The translations under genes were made by a program, and so were the position numbers. Below the pieces are notes generated by a model that was not told the DNA's origin, did no database searches, and worked only from the letters and a program-made list of their open reading frames with translations. A DNA stretch of 64,000 nt. Origin: Felis catus (Eukaryota). Of this stretch, positions 37,721-51,171 are shown in pieces. Position 1 is the first letter of the stretch; each line of letters opens with the position of its first letter. The DNA lies in NCBI RefSeq assembly GCF_018350175.1, contig NC_058368.1, forward strand, positions 214,274,001-214,338,000. Direction: 5' to 3'.

Positions 37721-38989
37721 AAAGTATTAAAGAACATAGTAAAAGGAAAGTGTCACTATGGGGTGGCAGAGTTGGGGGAAGCTTTATGGCAGAAATGGGG
37801 CTTAAACTGAATTTGAAACAAGGTTAGAATTTAGATAATTGAGAGAAAGAAGAGATTCCAGTCATTTCTTGATCGAAAATATAATTTACCTCTGGCTTCA
37901 TTCCAGATCATTTTCTAGTTTCTATATAACTTGGAGATTCATAATTTTGCTTATTCTACTTGATATTTTCAAAATTTAGAGTATAATGAATATTCATTTA
38001 TTTAGTTTAGCTTGGAATTCTCATTAAAAACTCAGCAGGGGCTTATGGTTACTAATCAAAGCCTGTTAGAACAGTTTAGGCAATATTCATGCCTGTAAGT
38101 TTGGAGAAAAAAATGTAATTTTGTGGAAGTCCAGTTATGTTAGTAATGAAGAGGACTGGACCTTCTACCCAAATAGTCCAATGGTGCATTTTACTAGATA
38201 TAGTCTTTCTCCATAGAGAAAATGTGTCTGTCTCCTTGTGCAGTGTTGACTATCCGCTTCCACTGATTAAGCTAATTAAGCTTTGGATAGCCCAACTAGA
38301 CCATTTTCCAAATGGTAACAAATAATGATGCCTCAATTTGTGTTGTGCAATTTCATATTTACCACTTTCTTTGATTCTTGTTGTGGATTGGGAAGGTATC
38401 TTTAAATCTTATCTTGCAGTTGGAATAATTGAGATAAAGTGACTTTCCCAAAGTAACGAGACATATTATTATCGTCAGAAACAGGACTGAAATCTGTTTT
38501 TGGGGATCTAAGTGCAGTGTCTTTTCCCATATCATATACCTACCACTTTCATTATCTTTTCATGTTGATAAAATCAAACTATATCCTGGTTCAGATTATT
38601 ATTGAAGTTCCACAAGGAAAACTGACTTCTCCAGGGTCACATATTACACTCAAATAAATGTATCTTTGAATACTGACCACACTTAAAAAAATATAACAAA
38701 CAGCTAATTGATAAAGGGAAATAACTGATTAAAATTCTTTTTTTATTATTATTTTTTTATTTTTTCAATATATGAAGTTTATTGTCAAATTGGTTTTCAT
38801 ACAACACCCAGTGCTCATCCCAAAAGGTTCCCTCCTCAACCCATCACCCACCCTCCCCTCCCTCCCACCCCTCATCAACCCTCCGTTTGTTCTCAGTTTT
38901 TAAGGGTCTCTTATGCTTTGGCTCTCTCCCACTCTAACCTCCTTTTTTTTTTTTTCCTTCCCCTCCCCCATGGGTTTCTGTTAAGTTTC

Positions 38990-41900
38990 TCAGGATCCAC
39001 CTAAGAGTGAAAACATATGGTATCTGTCTTTCTCTGTATGGCTTATTTCACTTGGCATAACCCTCTCCAGTTCCATCCATGTTGCTACAAAGGGCCATAT
39101 TTCATTCTTTCTCATTGCCACGTAGTACTCCATTGTGTATATAAACCACAATTTTTTATCCATTCATCAATTGATGGACATTTAGGCTCTTTCCATAATT
39201 TGGCTATTGTTGAGAGTGCTGCTATAAACATTGGGGTACAAGTGCCCCTATGCATCAGTACTCCTGTATCCCTTGGGTAAATTCCTAGCAGTGCTATTGC
39301 TGGGTCATAGGGTAGGTCTATTTCTAATTTTTTGAGGAACCTCCACACTGTTTTCCAGAGTGGCTGCACCAGTTTGCATTCCTACCAACAGTGCAAGAGG
39401 GTTCCCGTTTCTCCAATCCTCTCCAGCATCTATAGTCTCCTGATTTGTTCATTTTGGCCACTCTGACTGGCGTCAGGTGATATCTGAGTGTGGTTTTGAT
39501 TTGTATTTCCCTGATGAGGAGCGACGTTGAGCATCTTTTCATGTGCCTATTGGCCATCCGGATGTCTTCTTTAGGGAAGTGTCTATTAATGTTTTCTGCC
39601 CATTTCTTCACTGGGTTATTTGTTTTTCCGGGTGTGGAGTTTGGTGAGCTCTTTATAGATTTTTGATACTAGTCCTTTGTCTGATATGTCATTTGCAAAT
39701 ATCTTTTCCCATTCCATTGGTTGCCTTTTAGTTTTGTTGGTTGTTTCCTTTGCTGTGCAGAAGCTTTTTATCTTCATAAGGTCCCAGGAGTTCATCTTTG
39801 CTTTTAATTCTGTTGCCTTTGGGGATGTGTCAAGTAAGAAATTGCTATGGCTGAGGTCAGAGAGGTCTTTTCCTGCTTTCTCCTCTAGGGTTTTGATGGT
39901 TTCCTGTCTCACATTCAGGTCCTTTATCCATGTTGAGTTTATTTTTGTGACTGGTGTGAGAAAGTGGTCTAGTTTCAATCTTCTGCATGTTGCTGTCCAG
40001 TTCTCCCAGCACCATTTGTTAAAGAGACTGTCTTTTTTCCATTGGATGTTCTTTCCTGCTTTGTCAAAGATGAGTTGGCCATACGTTTGTGGGTCTAGTT
40101 CTGGGGTTTCTCTTCTATTCCATTGGTCTATGTGTCTGTTTTTGTGCCAATACCATGCTGTCTTGATGATGACACCTTTGTAGTAGAGGCTAAAGTCTGG
40201 GATTGTGATGACTCCTGCTTTGGTCTTCTTCAAACTTACTTTGGCTATTCAGGGCCTTTTGTGGTTCCATATGAATTTTAGGATTGCTTGTTCTAGTTTC
40301 GAGAAGAATGCTGGTGCATTTTTATTGGGATTGCATTGAATGTGTAGATAGCTTTGGGTAGTATTGACATTTTGACAATATTTATTCTTCCAATCCATGA
40401 GCACGGAATGTTTTTCCATTTCTTTATATCTTCTTCAATTTCCTTCATAAGCTTTCTGTAGTTTTCAGCATACAGATCTTTTACATCTTTGGTTAGATTT
40501 ATTCCTAGGTATTTTATGCTTCTTGGTGCAATTGTGAATGGGATCAGTTTCTTTATTTGTATTTTTGTTGCTTCATTATGAGTGTATAAGAATGCAACTG
40601 ATTTCTGTACATTGATTTTGTATCCTGCAACTTTGCTAAATTCATGTATCAGTTCTAGCAGACTTTTGGTGGAGTCTATCGGATTTTCCATGTATAATAT
40701 CATGTCATCTGCAAAAAGTGAAAGCTTAACTTCATCTTTGCCAATTTTGATGCCTTTGATTTCCTTTTGTTGTCTGATTGCTGATGCTAGAGCTTCCAAC
40801 ATTACATTAAACAACAGCGGTGAGAGTGGACATCCCTGTCGTGTTCCTGATCTCAGGGAAGAAGCTCTCAGTTTTTCCCCATTGAGGATGATGTTAGCTG
40901 TGGGCTTTTCATAAATGACTTTTATGATCTTTACGTATGTTCCTTCTATCCTGACTTTCTCGAGGGTTTTTATTAAGAAAGGGTGCTGAATTTTGTCAAA
41001 GGCCTTTTCTGCATCGATTGACAGGATCATATGGTTCTTATCTTTTCTTTTATTAATGTGATGTATCACGTTGATTGATTTGTGAATGTTGAACCAGCCC
41101 TGCATCCCAGGAATGAATCCCACGTGATCATGGTCAGTAATTCTTTTTATATGCTGTTGAATTTGATTTGCTAGTATCTTATTGAGAATTTTTGCATCCA
41201 TATTCATCAGGGATATTGGCCTCTAGTTCTCTCTTTTTTTTTAATGGGTTTCTGTCTGGTTTAGGAATCAAAGTAATACTGGCTTCATAGAATGAGTCTG
41301 GAGGTTTTCCTTCCCTTTCTATTTTTTGGAATAGCTTGAGAAGGATAGGTATTATCTCAGCTTTAAACGTCTGGTAGAACTCCCCTGGGAAACCATCTGG
41401 TCCTGGACTCTTATTTATTGGGAAATTTTTGATGACTGATTCAGTTTCTTCGCTGGTTATGGGTCTGTTCAAGCTTTCTATTTCCTCCTGATTGAGTTTT
41501 GGAAGCGTGTGGGTGTGTAGGAATTTGTCCATTTCTTCCAGGTTGTCCAGTTTGTTGGCATATAATTTTTCATAGTATTCCCTGATAATTGCTTGTATCT
41601 CTGAGGGATTGGTTGTAATAATTCCATTTTCATTCATGATTTTATCTATTTGGGTCATCTCCCTTTTCTTTTTGAGAAGCCTGGCTAGAGGTTTATCAGT
41701 TTTGTTTATTTTTTCAAAAAACCAACTCTTGGTTTCGTTGATCTGCTCTACAGTTTTTTTTAGATTCTATATTGTTTATTTCTGCTCTGATCTTTATTAT
41801 TTCTCTTCTTCTGCTGGGTTTAGGCTGCCTTTGCTGTTCTGCTTCTAGTTCCTTTAGGTGCACTGTTAGATTTTGTATTTGGGATTTTTCTTGTTTCTTG

Positions 41901-42816
41901 AGATAGGCCTGGATTGCAATGTATTTTCCTCTCAGGACTGCCTTCGCTGCATGCCAAAGCATTTGGATTGTTGTATTTTCATTTTCGTTTGTTTCCATAT
42001 ATTTTTTAATTTCTTCTCTAATTGCCTGGTTGACCCATTCATTCTTTAGTAGGGTGTTCTTTAACCTGCATGCTTTTGGAGGTGTTCCAGACTTTTTCCT
42101 GTGGTTGATTTCAAGCTTCATAGCATTGTGGTCTGAAAGTATGCATGGTATGATTTCAATTCTTGTATACTTATGAAGGTCTGTTTTGTGACCCAGTATG
42201 TGATCTATCTTGGAGAATGTTCCCTGTGCACTTGAGAAGAAAGTATATTCTGTTGCTTTGGGATGCAGAGTTCTAAGTATATCTGTCAAGTCCATCTGAT
42301 CCAATGTATCAATTAGGGCCCTTGTTTCTTTATTGACCGTGTGTCTAGATGATCTATCCATTTCTGTTAAGTGGAGTGTTAAAGTCCCCTGCGATTACCA
42401 CATTCTTATCAATAAGGTTGCTTATGTTTGTGAGTAATTGTTTTATATATTTGGGGGCTCCTGTATTCGGCGCATAGACATTTATAATTGTTAGCTCTTC
42501 CTGATGGATAGACCCTGTGATTATTATATAATGCCCTTCTTCATCTCTTGTTACAGCCTTTAATTTAAAGTCTAGTTTGTCTGATATAAGTATGGTTACT
42601 CCAGCTTTCTTTTGACTTCCCGTAGCATGATAAATAGTTCTCCATCCCCTCACTTTCAATCAGAAGGTGTCTTCAGGTCTAAAATGAAGTCTCTTGTAGA
42701 CAGCAAATAGATGGGTCTTATTTTTTTATCCATTCTGATACCCTATGTCTTTTGGTTGCCGCATTTAGTCCATTTACATTTAGTGTTATTATAGAAAGAT
42801 ATGGGTTTAGAGTCAT
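38990..42816 (-). pseudogene. L1 ORF2 (APE endonuclease + reverse transcriptase), broken by stops and frameshifts
   Basis: MTLNPYLSIITLNVNGLN start, [43 protein letters not shown] at codon 33; split over at least seven track ORFs. Confidence 0.96.
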
Positions 42817-42866
42817 TGTGATGTCCATAGGTTTCATGCTTGTAGTGATGTCTCTGGTACTTTGTC

Positions 42867-43992
42867 TCACAGGATCCCCCTTAGGATCTCTTGTAGGGCT
42901 GGTTTAGTGGTGACAAATTCCTTCAGTTTTTGTTTGTTTGGGAAGACCTTTATCTCTCCTTCTATTCTAAATGACAGACTTGCTGGATAAGGGATTCTCG
43001 GCTGCATATTTTTTCTGTTCATCACATTGAAGATCTCCTGCCATTGCTTTCTGGCCTGCCAAGTTTCAGTAGAGAGATCCGTCAGGAGTCTTATAGGTCT
43101 CCCTTTATATGTTAGAGCACGTTTGTCTCTAGCTGCTTTCAGAATTTTCTCTTTATCCTTGTATTTTGCCAGTTTCACTGTGATATGTCGTGCAGAAGAT
43201 TGATTCAAGTTATGTCTGAAGGGAGTTCTCTGTGCCTCTTGGATTTCAATGCCTTTTTCCTTCCCCAGATCCAGGAAGTTCTCAGCTATTATTTCTTCAA
43301 GTACCCCTTCAGCACCTTTCCCTCTCTCTTCCTCCTCTGGAATACCAATTATGCGTATATTATTTCTCTTTAGCGCATCACTTAGTTCTCTAATTTTCCG
43401 CTCATACTCCTGGATTTTTTTATCTCTCTTTTTCTCAGCTTCTTCTTTTTCCATAATTTTATCTTCTAGTTCACCTATTCTCTCCTCTGCCTCTTCAATC
43501 TGCGCTGTGGTTGTCTCCATTTTATTTTGCAGCTCATTGACAGCATTTTTTAGCTCCTCCTGGCTGTTCCTTAGTGCTTTGATCTCTGTAGCAATAGATT
43601 CTCTGCTCTCCTTTATACTGTTTTCAAGCCCAGCGATTAATTTTATGACTATTATTCTAAATTCACTTTCTGTTATATTGTTTAATTCGTTTTTGATCAG
43701 TTCGTTAGCTGTTATTTCCTGGACTTTTTTTTTTTAAATTTTTTTTTAACGTTGTATTTATTTTTGAGGCAGAGAGAGACAGAGCATGAACGGGGGAGGG
43801 GCAGAGAGAGAGGGAGACACAGAATCGGAAGCAGGCTGCAGGCTCTAAGCCATCAGCCCAGAGCCTGACGCGAGGCTCGAATTCACGGACCGTGAGATCA
43901 TGACCTGAGCTGAAGTCGGCCGCTTAACCGACTGAGCCACCCAGGCGCCCCTCCTGGACTTTTTTTTGAGGGGAATTCTTCTGTTTTGTTAT
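42867..43992 (-). pseudogene. L1 ORF1 (RNA-binding protein), start mutated to ATA and interrupted by a SINE
   Basis: Coiled coil then RNNIRIIGIPEEEE, IQEAQRTP, YPASLSF motifs; stop at 42867. Confidence 0.95.
43733..43951 (-). mobile_element. Young Can-SINE inside L1 ORF1
   Basis: Perfect 16-bp TSD tcctggactttttttt (43717-43732/43952-43967); CpG-rich. Confidence 0.97.
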
Positions 43993-45417
43993 TTTGGATA
44001 GTCCCTGGAGTGGTGTGGAACTGCAGGGCACTTCCCCTGTGCTGTCTTGAATAACTTGTGTTGGTGGGCGGGGCCGCATCGAGACCTGATGTCTTTCTCC
44101 TGCCCACCACTGGGGCCACAGTCAGACTGGTGTGTGCTTTCTTTTCCCCTCTCCTAGGGGCGGGATTCACCGTGGGGTGGCATGGCCTGTCTGGGCTACT
44201 TGCACACTGCCAGGCTTGTGGTGCTGGGGATCTGGCATATTAGCTGGGGTTGATCGGCCAGGTGCACAGGGGCGGGAGGGGCAGGCTCAGCTTGCTTTTC
44301 CTTTGGAGATCAGCTTCAGGAGGGGCACTGTGGCACCGGGAGGGAGTCAGACCCGCCACAGGGATGGATCCGCAGAAGCACAGCTTTGGGTGTTTGTGGG
44401 GTGCAAGCAAGTTCCCTGGCAGGAACTGGTTCCCTTTGGGATTTTGGCTGGGGGATGGGCGAGGGAGATGGCGCTGGCGAGCGCCTTTGTTCCCTGCCAA
44501 GCTGAGCTCTGTTGTCCAGGGCTCAACAACTCTCCCTCCCGTTGTCCTCCAGCCCTCCCGTTCTCCGAGCAGAGCTGTTAGCTTATAACCTTCCAGATGT
44601 CAAGTCCCGCTCGCTGGCCGAACACACTCCATCCAGTCCCTCCGCTTCCTCCAGCCAGACTCGGGGGCTCTGCTTGGCCGGCGGGCCGCCCCTCTGCCCC
44701 GGCTCCCTCCCGCCAGTCCGTGGAGTGTGCACCGCCTCTCCACCCTTCCTACCCTCTTCCGTGGGCCTCTCGTCTGCGCTTGGCTCCAGAGACTCTGTTC
44801 TGCTAGTCAGTCTTCTGGCAGCTTTCTGGGTTATTTAGGCAGGTGTAGGTGGAATCTAAGTGATCAGCAGGATGTGCGGTGAGCCCAGTGTCCTCTTACG
44901 CCACCATCTTCCCCTAAAATTCTTAAATTAAGTTGTTTCCTCTTATCCTATAGTTTCTGAAAAGAGTTTGTATAACTTGTGCTGTACCTGAATTGTAAAT
45001 TTCATGACTACATCTGCTTGCTATGTATGGCATCGTTGATTCATTATTATATACTGATCACTTATAACATGTTAAGCATTACAGTAGACACTAGAGATCC
45101 AGTGGGGAACAACAACATATAGTTTGTACCCTTACAGAGAATTATTAGGAATTGCAGTAATTGCCAAGATGGGGTTAGTATAGGAGTGGTGAGAGAATGT
45201 GGGGAGGAAGGGACCCCACAGAGTCCCCTAGGTACAAGGTATCTATCTTCTTTAGAAGAGGTGGGCAGGGTTTAGGTATGTGGCAGGGCTGCCCCTGGGA
45301 GATAGCTTCATGAGGAAGGTGTTGTGTTGATTCTGCCTGGAACCCAGAGAAACTGCGAAGCAGTTCAGTTCTGTTAAGTCTGCAAGTGTATTTCTCATCT
45401 ATTGAGAAAAAGAACCA

Positions 45418-45644
45418 GGGTCACCTGGGTGGCTCAGTCAGTTAAGCGTCCGACTCTTGATTTCAGCTCAGGTCATGATCTCATGGTTTGTGAGTTCAAG
45501 CCCCACGTGGGGCTCTGTGTTGATGGTGTGAAGCCTGTTTGGGATCCTCTCTCTCCCTCTCTCTTTGTCCCTCCCCCACTTGTGCACACGGTCCCACTCA
45601 CTCTCTGTCTCTCTCTGTCTTTAAAAGTAAATAAATAAACTTAA
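45418..45644 (+). mobile_element. Can-SINE
   Basis: TSD agaaaaagaac (45405-45415/45645-45655). Confidence 0.95.
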
Positions 45645-45688
45645 AGAAAAAGAACAAAATGCTTTTTATAAGGAAAAGAGTCTTAGAA

Positions 45689-45907
45689 CAGTGGTTCTGA
45701 AATTCTAGTGTGAAATTCTGAAAATCCTGAAATTCAGAATCACCTGAAGGCTTTATTATGACAGATTGCTTGACCCTAACTCAAATTGTTTTTTGTTCTT
45801 TGTTTTGATTCTGTTGGCCTGGTTTGATCTTCAAAATTTGTATTTCTAACAAGTCCCCAGATGATGTTAATGCTGCAGGTCCACGGACCACACTCAGAAG
45901 CACACAG
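45689..45907. mobile_element. MER5A (hAT-Charlie)
   Basis: CAGTGGTTCT...CAGAATCACCTGAAGGGC...TTTCTAACAAGTCCCCAGATGATGTTAATGCTGCAGGTCCACGGACCACAC. Confidence 0.85.
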
Positions 45908-46944
45908 GGAGCAAAGTATTAGGATTTGTGTGCTAGTGACTTTCAGCTATACCTTTGCCATTTGCCCTTAGTGTACATTCTGAAGGCAAGTAGTATTTAT
46001 TACAAAGGTGCTTCATATGGTACCAAATGAATAAGTCAATGAGTCTGATTGATTATCCTCCATTGGTTATAGCATTTATGTGGATTTATGATTATTTCAG
46101 ATTCATCATGAATACATAAGCTATAAAGAAATGACTTTTCTGAAACACTGCAACTGGAAGAATTTACTAGATTTGCTGGCTTTGTGTCTTGACTATATTT
46201 TTAGGGCAACTGATTGAAAAAAATCATTTAAAAATAGAGAAGAGCTCACTTGGATATTTATAACCTGACAGGTTAGAACTAGCACAACAACTGAATGGGA
46301 AATTGTGACTCTTAAAACCTACACTGGCAGTTTCTAAAAACTTAGTGAGCTAATTCATAGGAAATTCTACTAAGAAATCTGTAGTTATGGACAAGAACTC
46401 CTGTAGCAGAGAGATCTTCGTAAAAGGGTTAACACATTAAATTATCTACCCCCCCTGACAAAAATTGTATTAAAGGGAAGCTGCATTTTCATGATTATAA
46501 CCTGCATAAATTCCTTCTCCTGGGTGTTTGCTGGCAACAGCTGGAAGCAGATGGAGGGAGGGAACATAAAACATCTTGGCCTTTACCCAGTCTCTGATGC
46601 CTTTAGCACCTTTTCCCCAGGTTCACTTGTTTAAAGGGCCTAATTGGGCTGGGAGGAGTAGAAAGAAAGAGCCACCATCCCACTTGATTCAAAGATAGAG
46701 TTGTCGTTCCCAGAGGCTGGCTGATTGTGCTGGCGAGGGAATGTTGGTGATTCTAAGGTTCTGATCCATTTAATTGAAGAAAGCCTTATGGACTGGAATG
46801 AGTGCAACTTGGGGGATTGTTTTAAACATGGGAGGGCAAGTCTAGAAAGATGTTGAAATGTAGAATATCCTAACTAAGAACAAGGATAGGGACACCAAAG
46901 AGATAAGCAGAGACTGGGTCCTTTACTGTAGGCCAGAGAGTATG

Positions 46945-47125
46945 TAAGTATAATCTCATTTAATCCCAGCAGCAATCCTGTGAGATTGATATTAGTATCC
47001 CCACATTACACAGGACAGTAGTGACAGACACTCTGAGTCTCAAAAGAGAAGGTAAAGGAGCAAGGTTGGGATGAGACTCCAGCTCATTTGACCCTGAAGC
47101 CTAGCCTTATTTCACCATACCAACC
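46945..47125 (-). mobile_element. MIR SINE
   Basis: ATCTCATTTAATCCCAGCAGCAATCCTGTGAG...TATTAGTATCCCCACATTACA. Confidence 0.75.
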
Positions 47126-47740
47126 TAACTTTTCAGGCAAAGGCAGACATCACAATTGTATAGATCAAAGAAGATGATTATCCGAGGGAGAATGTGGATA
47201 GCTAAAGCACTGAAAGAAATTTGAGCAGTTTTCATGATGACCAGCATCTATTATTTAAATCAGAAAAAAAAATTAAACCCTTTTTACATAGTTTGTAGGT
47301 CTCTTGGAACCTTTCCTTTAGTTATTTCCTCTGCTTCAGCCCTATATTTTGTAGTAATATCCTGGATTTATTCATTTCCAGCCAGGGCTGAACTTAAGTG
47401 ATCAATTCCCCATCTGTTACTGATTTTCTAAAACACACTTAAAACTGAGTCTTCAGGTCGGCCACCAATGACCTGCCACACTCTAACTTGGCACCTTTCC
47501 TCCCCAAAGGTTGCCTTTTAGCATTGCTCTTTGGGAATTCTCCCTGACCTTCCAGCAAAATATCATTACTAGCTCATAACTGAAGTCTAGCGTAGAGTGA
47601 CAAGAACTTCTAAGACGGCCATTTTTTTTAGGGCAAAATTAGGAACAGCATACTAAAAGAACAACATAAGCCTTTCCTAATTAATTACTCTCTTCTCTTA
47701 CCCCTTTCTGCCTTGGACTGTATTTAAATACAAACGTTTC

Positions 47741-47949
47741 GGGGCTCCTGGGTGGCTCAATTGGTTGAGCGTCTGACTTCAGCTCAGGTCATGATCTCAT
47801 GGTTCGTGGGTTTGAGCCCCGGGTCAGGCTTTGTGCTGACAGCTCAGAGCCTGGAGTCTGCTTCCGATTCTGTGTCTTCCTCTCTCTCTCTGCCCCTCTC
47901 CTGCTCCCACTCTGTCGATCTCTCTCTCAAAAAATAAACATTAAAAAAA
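47741..47949 (+). mobile_element. Can-SINE
   Basis: 17-bp TSD atttaaatacaaacgtt/atttaaatacaagtgtt. Confidence 0.95.
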
Positions 47950-49228
47950 ATTTAAATACAAGTGTTGTTTCTTTGCCCCACATTCCTTATTAACTTGCAT
48001 CCCAGATGCCACTGTGCCTTATGGAACAAAAATCTTTGACATTTTTCCAAGGGAGAATCTCTTTGAAACAATTAACCTTCTAATTCAGGAGGACTCTTAT
48101 TACTCCAGTTTCCATATCACTAGTTTTAAAAAACATTTTTAAAAGAATGTCACCATAATATAGAGCATGCAGCTTTGTGCATAAGCATGTAAATCATTTT
48201 TGTAAATAGCTATTTACTAAGGATGGGCAGCAATTTGTGCTGGGTGGGAGGTAAAGAATGAGATTTCATCATTTAGTAGTGAGATACACATACTTCTCAA
48301 TTATCTGTACTAATGGGGACAGTGCTAACAAGGGTAATGGAGTCCATAAGAAATCCATGGTGGAATTTAAATCAGTCCTTTTTGCTGCTCCTTAGTAGTG
48401 ATGGCAAACATTTTGCTAGACTGAAAATTTTAGATTGTTTATAGATTTTAATTACTATGCTATTCCAGTTCCCATTTTTTCCTCAACAACTAAAAGTTGG
48501 ATACATAAACAGATAAGGGCCTTGTTGCATTTTGAAAATAAAGGTACTTTAATCAAACTGTGTGTGAATATATAATACCCAAACAATGGCCTGTTTTTTC
48601 CCCTCTGTGGAACTGAATAAATGTTGGCATTTGGCGAACAAAGCAAATCAAACACTTGTACTAAAATTAGCAGGCATTTACTAGAGAAAATTCTGTGATG
48701 TTATCCAGAAATGAAATGGATTGAATTTGTTACAACTTCCTTTAAACTTGGATAAAGAATTGTAGCTGCCGGTGGTAGGGTATTCACCAGTAGTTGGCTC
48801 TTTTCCTATATATGTCAAGAATTTCAAATGAAAGACTGAACATTCTCCAGATAAAACCACTCCATGCTGCTAATTTTTGCTTTTCATATACAAAAGTATG
48901 ACTTTATTGGGTAGCATAGGTGTTTTAAAATATTACTATGAAAATCTTATAGAAATTAACAATTTAGAATAAGAACAATGAGATAAAAGCCAAGACACAA
49001 ATGAGCCTCCTCCCCTGATATCAGATCTGCCTCCTGTTCCATTCATACTTAATTAAACTTTAAACATATCTTAGTTAGAAGGCCTTTTCCTCCTGAGTCC
49101 AGAGGTTCAAAAGGTTTCATTCATGTAACTTGGGCAGAAGGTAGCCTCAAACAGCTTTAAATTTGAGAGGCCTTAATGCATCTCTTGAAAAATCCCATGT
49201 GTTCAAAGACTCTTGTGCGAGCTCCAGT

Positions 49229-49247
49229 CTGTTCCCTCTGGCGGCAG
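49229..49247 (-). promoter_or_regulatory. Possible CTCF site
   Basis: CTGCCGCCAGAGGGAACAG on -, resembling the CCRCCAGRGGGCGC core with a weaker 3' end. Confidence 0.3.
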
Positions 49248-49744
49248 ATCTGTAATTAGGAGCTTACCCCACACATGAGCTAACACCTTTCTGGAGAACT
49301 GTCTTCTGCTAATTCCAGCAAGATTTCTAATTTGCTACATATTTTTGCCAGCCACATCAGTAAATTTTCTTCCTCTTCCAAGTCAGGAACAGTAAGATGT
49401 AGAAAAACAATACAGCCTCCTATCTCTTTTGAGCAGACCAACCCTCTTACTGTTCTGAATGTTTTTCATCAGAGTTTCTTGAGTGACAAAGGTACCATAT
49501 TAGCCTCATTTTGTTCTTTGCTATTTTTCTTTTGGATTTCTCTCACTTTTTTTTTTTTCCATGAAGGCCTTAATTAACAATGAATCAGGATTCTTTCCTG
49601 GAACTAGAACTCCTAGAAATGTTTAATATTCATCCAGGTTTATAACTTTTTGTTCAAAGGGACTTTTCTTAACACTTACTTCTATAAATGTGTTCTGATT
49701 GCCTATTGGTGCTGGTCAAGTGACACAGACTGCCACCGAGAGAC

Positions 49745-50124
49745 GAGTTGTCCAAAATGGTAGCCGCTAGTCTTGTGTAGCTCTTGAGCGCTTGAAATGT
49801 GGCGAGCTGAATGTAATTGAGATGTCCTGAATTGAGATGTGCTGTAAATATAATTACATACTGGATGTTGAAGATTTGGAACCCTCCCCGCCTACCCCCC
49901 CCCCCCCCCCGCAGTCTAACTAACAACATTCATATGATCACCTATAGAAATGGTAATATTTTGATACATTGGGTAAAATAAAATATATCATTAAAATTAT
50001 TTTCACCTTTTGCTTTTTAAGGTTTAAAAATCTGGCTGTTAGGAGATATAAAATTAGAAAATGTAAAGTTACATATGAAGCTTGATTTTATGGCTTGTGT
50101 TGTATTTCTCCTGCCCCAGCACTG
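49745..50124. mobile_element. MER33-like hAT MITE containing a poly-C tract
   Basis: TGTCCAAAATGGTAGCCGCTAG...TTGAGCGCTTGAAATGTGGC...GAGATGTGCTGTAAAT...CAGCACTG. Confidence 0.8.
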
Positions 50125-51171
50125 TGAGAGCAAAGTTCAGGATGTTTTGACTGAAGTTACTATTCCAGCATGGATAGAGAAAAGAGCTCTCTGGTGTGTG
50201 TGGAGTCCTCTTCACATGTGTCTCAGAGGACAAGGGAGAGTCACTCAGGTGGGGAAATGAGACAGGTATGTTCCAAACAGGGAAGCAGTGAGCAAAAGTC
50301 AAGGTTTAAGGTGGCTGGAACTTAGGGCTTGCATTGAAAGGTGATGACCATAGCGAGGATAATTTTAGATCATTATCCTTGTAAAATAATCTATTAATCC
50401 AAAACATGTTTTCCTTAAGTACTGTGTTCATATCACAAAGTTTCTTCTGTCATGGAAAAAGAACTAATAATACCAAAAAGGAAGCAAAAGTACACCTTTA
50501 CCTTATCCAATTTGGGGAATTTGGGGGAGGAAAAAAACCTCAGAAATAAGAGGAGCTCAGGCTCACAGAGCCCCACTTTCCTTCACTTGTAGGGGGTGTT
50601 GAAATCACTTCTAAAAGTATGAGGGAAGCAAAGACTCTTGGTGCTGGAGAGGACAATGGCATGCTTCTTCAACATGGGAAGAGCCCCCTAAAGTTCTTCA
50701 ACATCTCAGGAAGGCAAAGGCTAGTGTTCTGGCAGGGAAACAGTGAGACAGATGAGCCTGAGACAGTGAAGGTCCAGGGACCCAACAAGACCTGGCCTAG
50801 GACATAAGGTTCCAGAATGTGGACAACTTACAAAGTACAGGTAGCCATGGTCATGGACTAGCAATGGCTCTGAGTATACTTGTGGTGTTCTCTGTCCATG
50901 TGGGACCAGACACCTTTCCAACCACTGATCCTTTAAGTGGACCTGACTAGACATTCTCCAGCATGGACCAGTGAAGATCCAGTTATCCGCAACCCCTGCC
51001 GCCCTGCCCAAATGCCTTGTTGTCATGTTGAATAGGAACAAGGGAAAGGGGGAGGGTGACCTAAAAGCCTCAGCATTTATCTTAAAGGGATTGCTTTGTG
51101 GTACCATAAATGTCAAGTTAAAGTATGCCCCCAAACCCAGCTATCCAGCAGCTTGTAGGGATGATCAAATA

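Larger units (their letters stand above)
38740..44914 (-). mobile_element. Full-length felid LINE-1, inactivated
   Basis: 5' GGGGAAGATGGTGG (YY1-like), about 920-bp GC-rich 5'UTR, ORF1, ORF2, 3'UTR, poly(A); 10-bp TSD taaaattctt (38730-38739/44915-44924) at a TT/AAGA endonuclease site. Confidence 0.98.

Noticed and set aside
39677..43737. Long + strand ORFs (168, 110, 162 aa)
   Set aside because: Antisense shadows of L1 ORF1 and ORF2.
44132..44838. Antisense ORFs in the L1 5'UTR as an ORF0 analogue
   Set aside because: GC-rich DNA is stop-poor, most starts are non-ATG, and there is no similarity I can recognise to primate ORF0.
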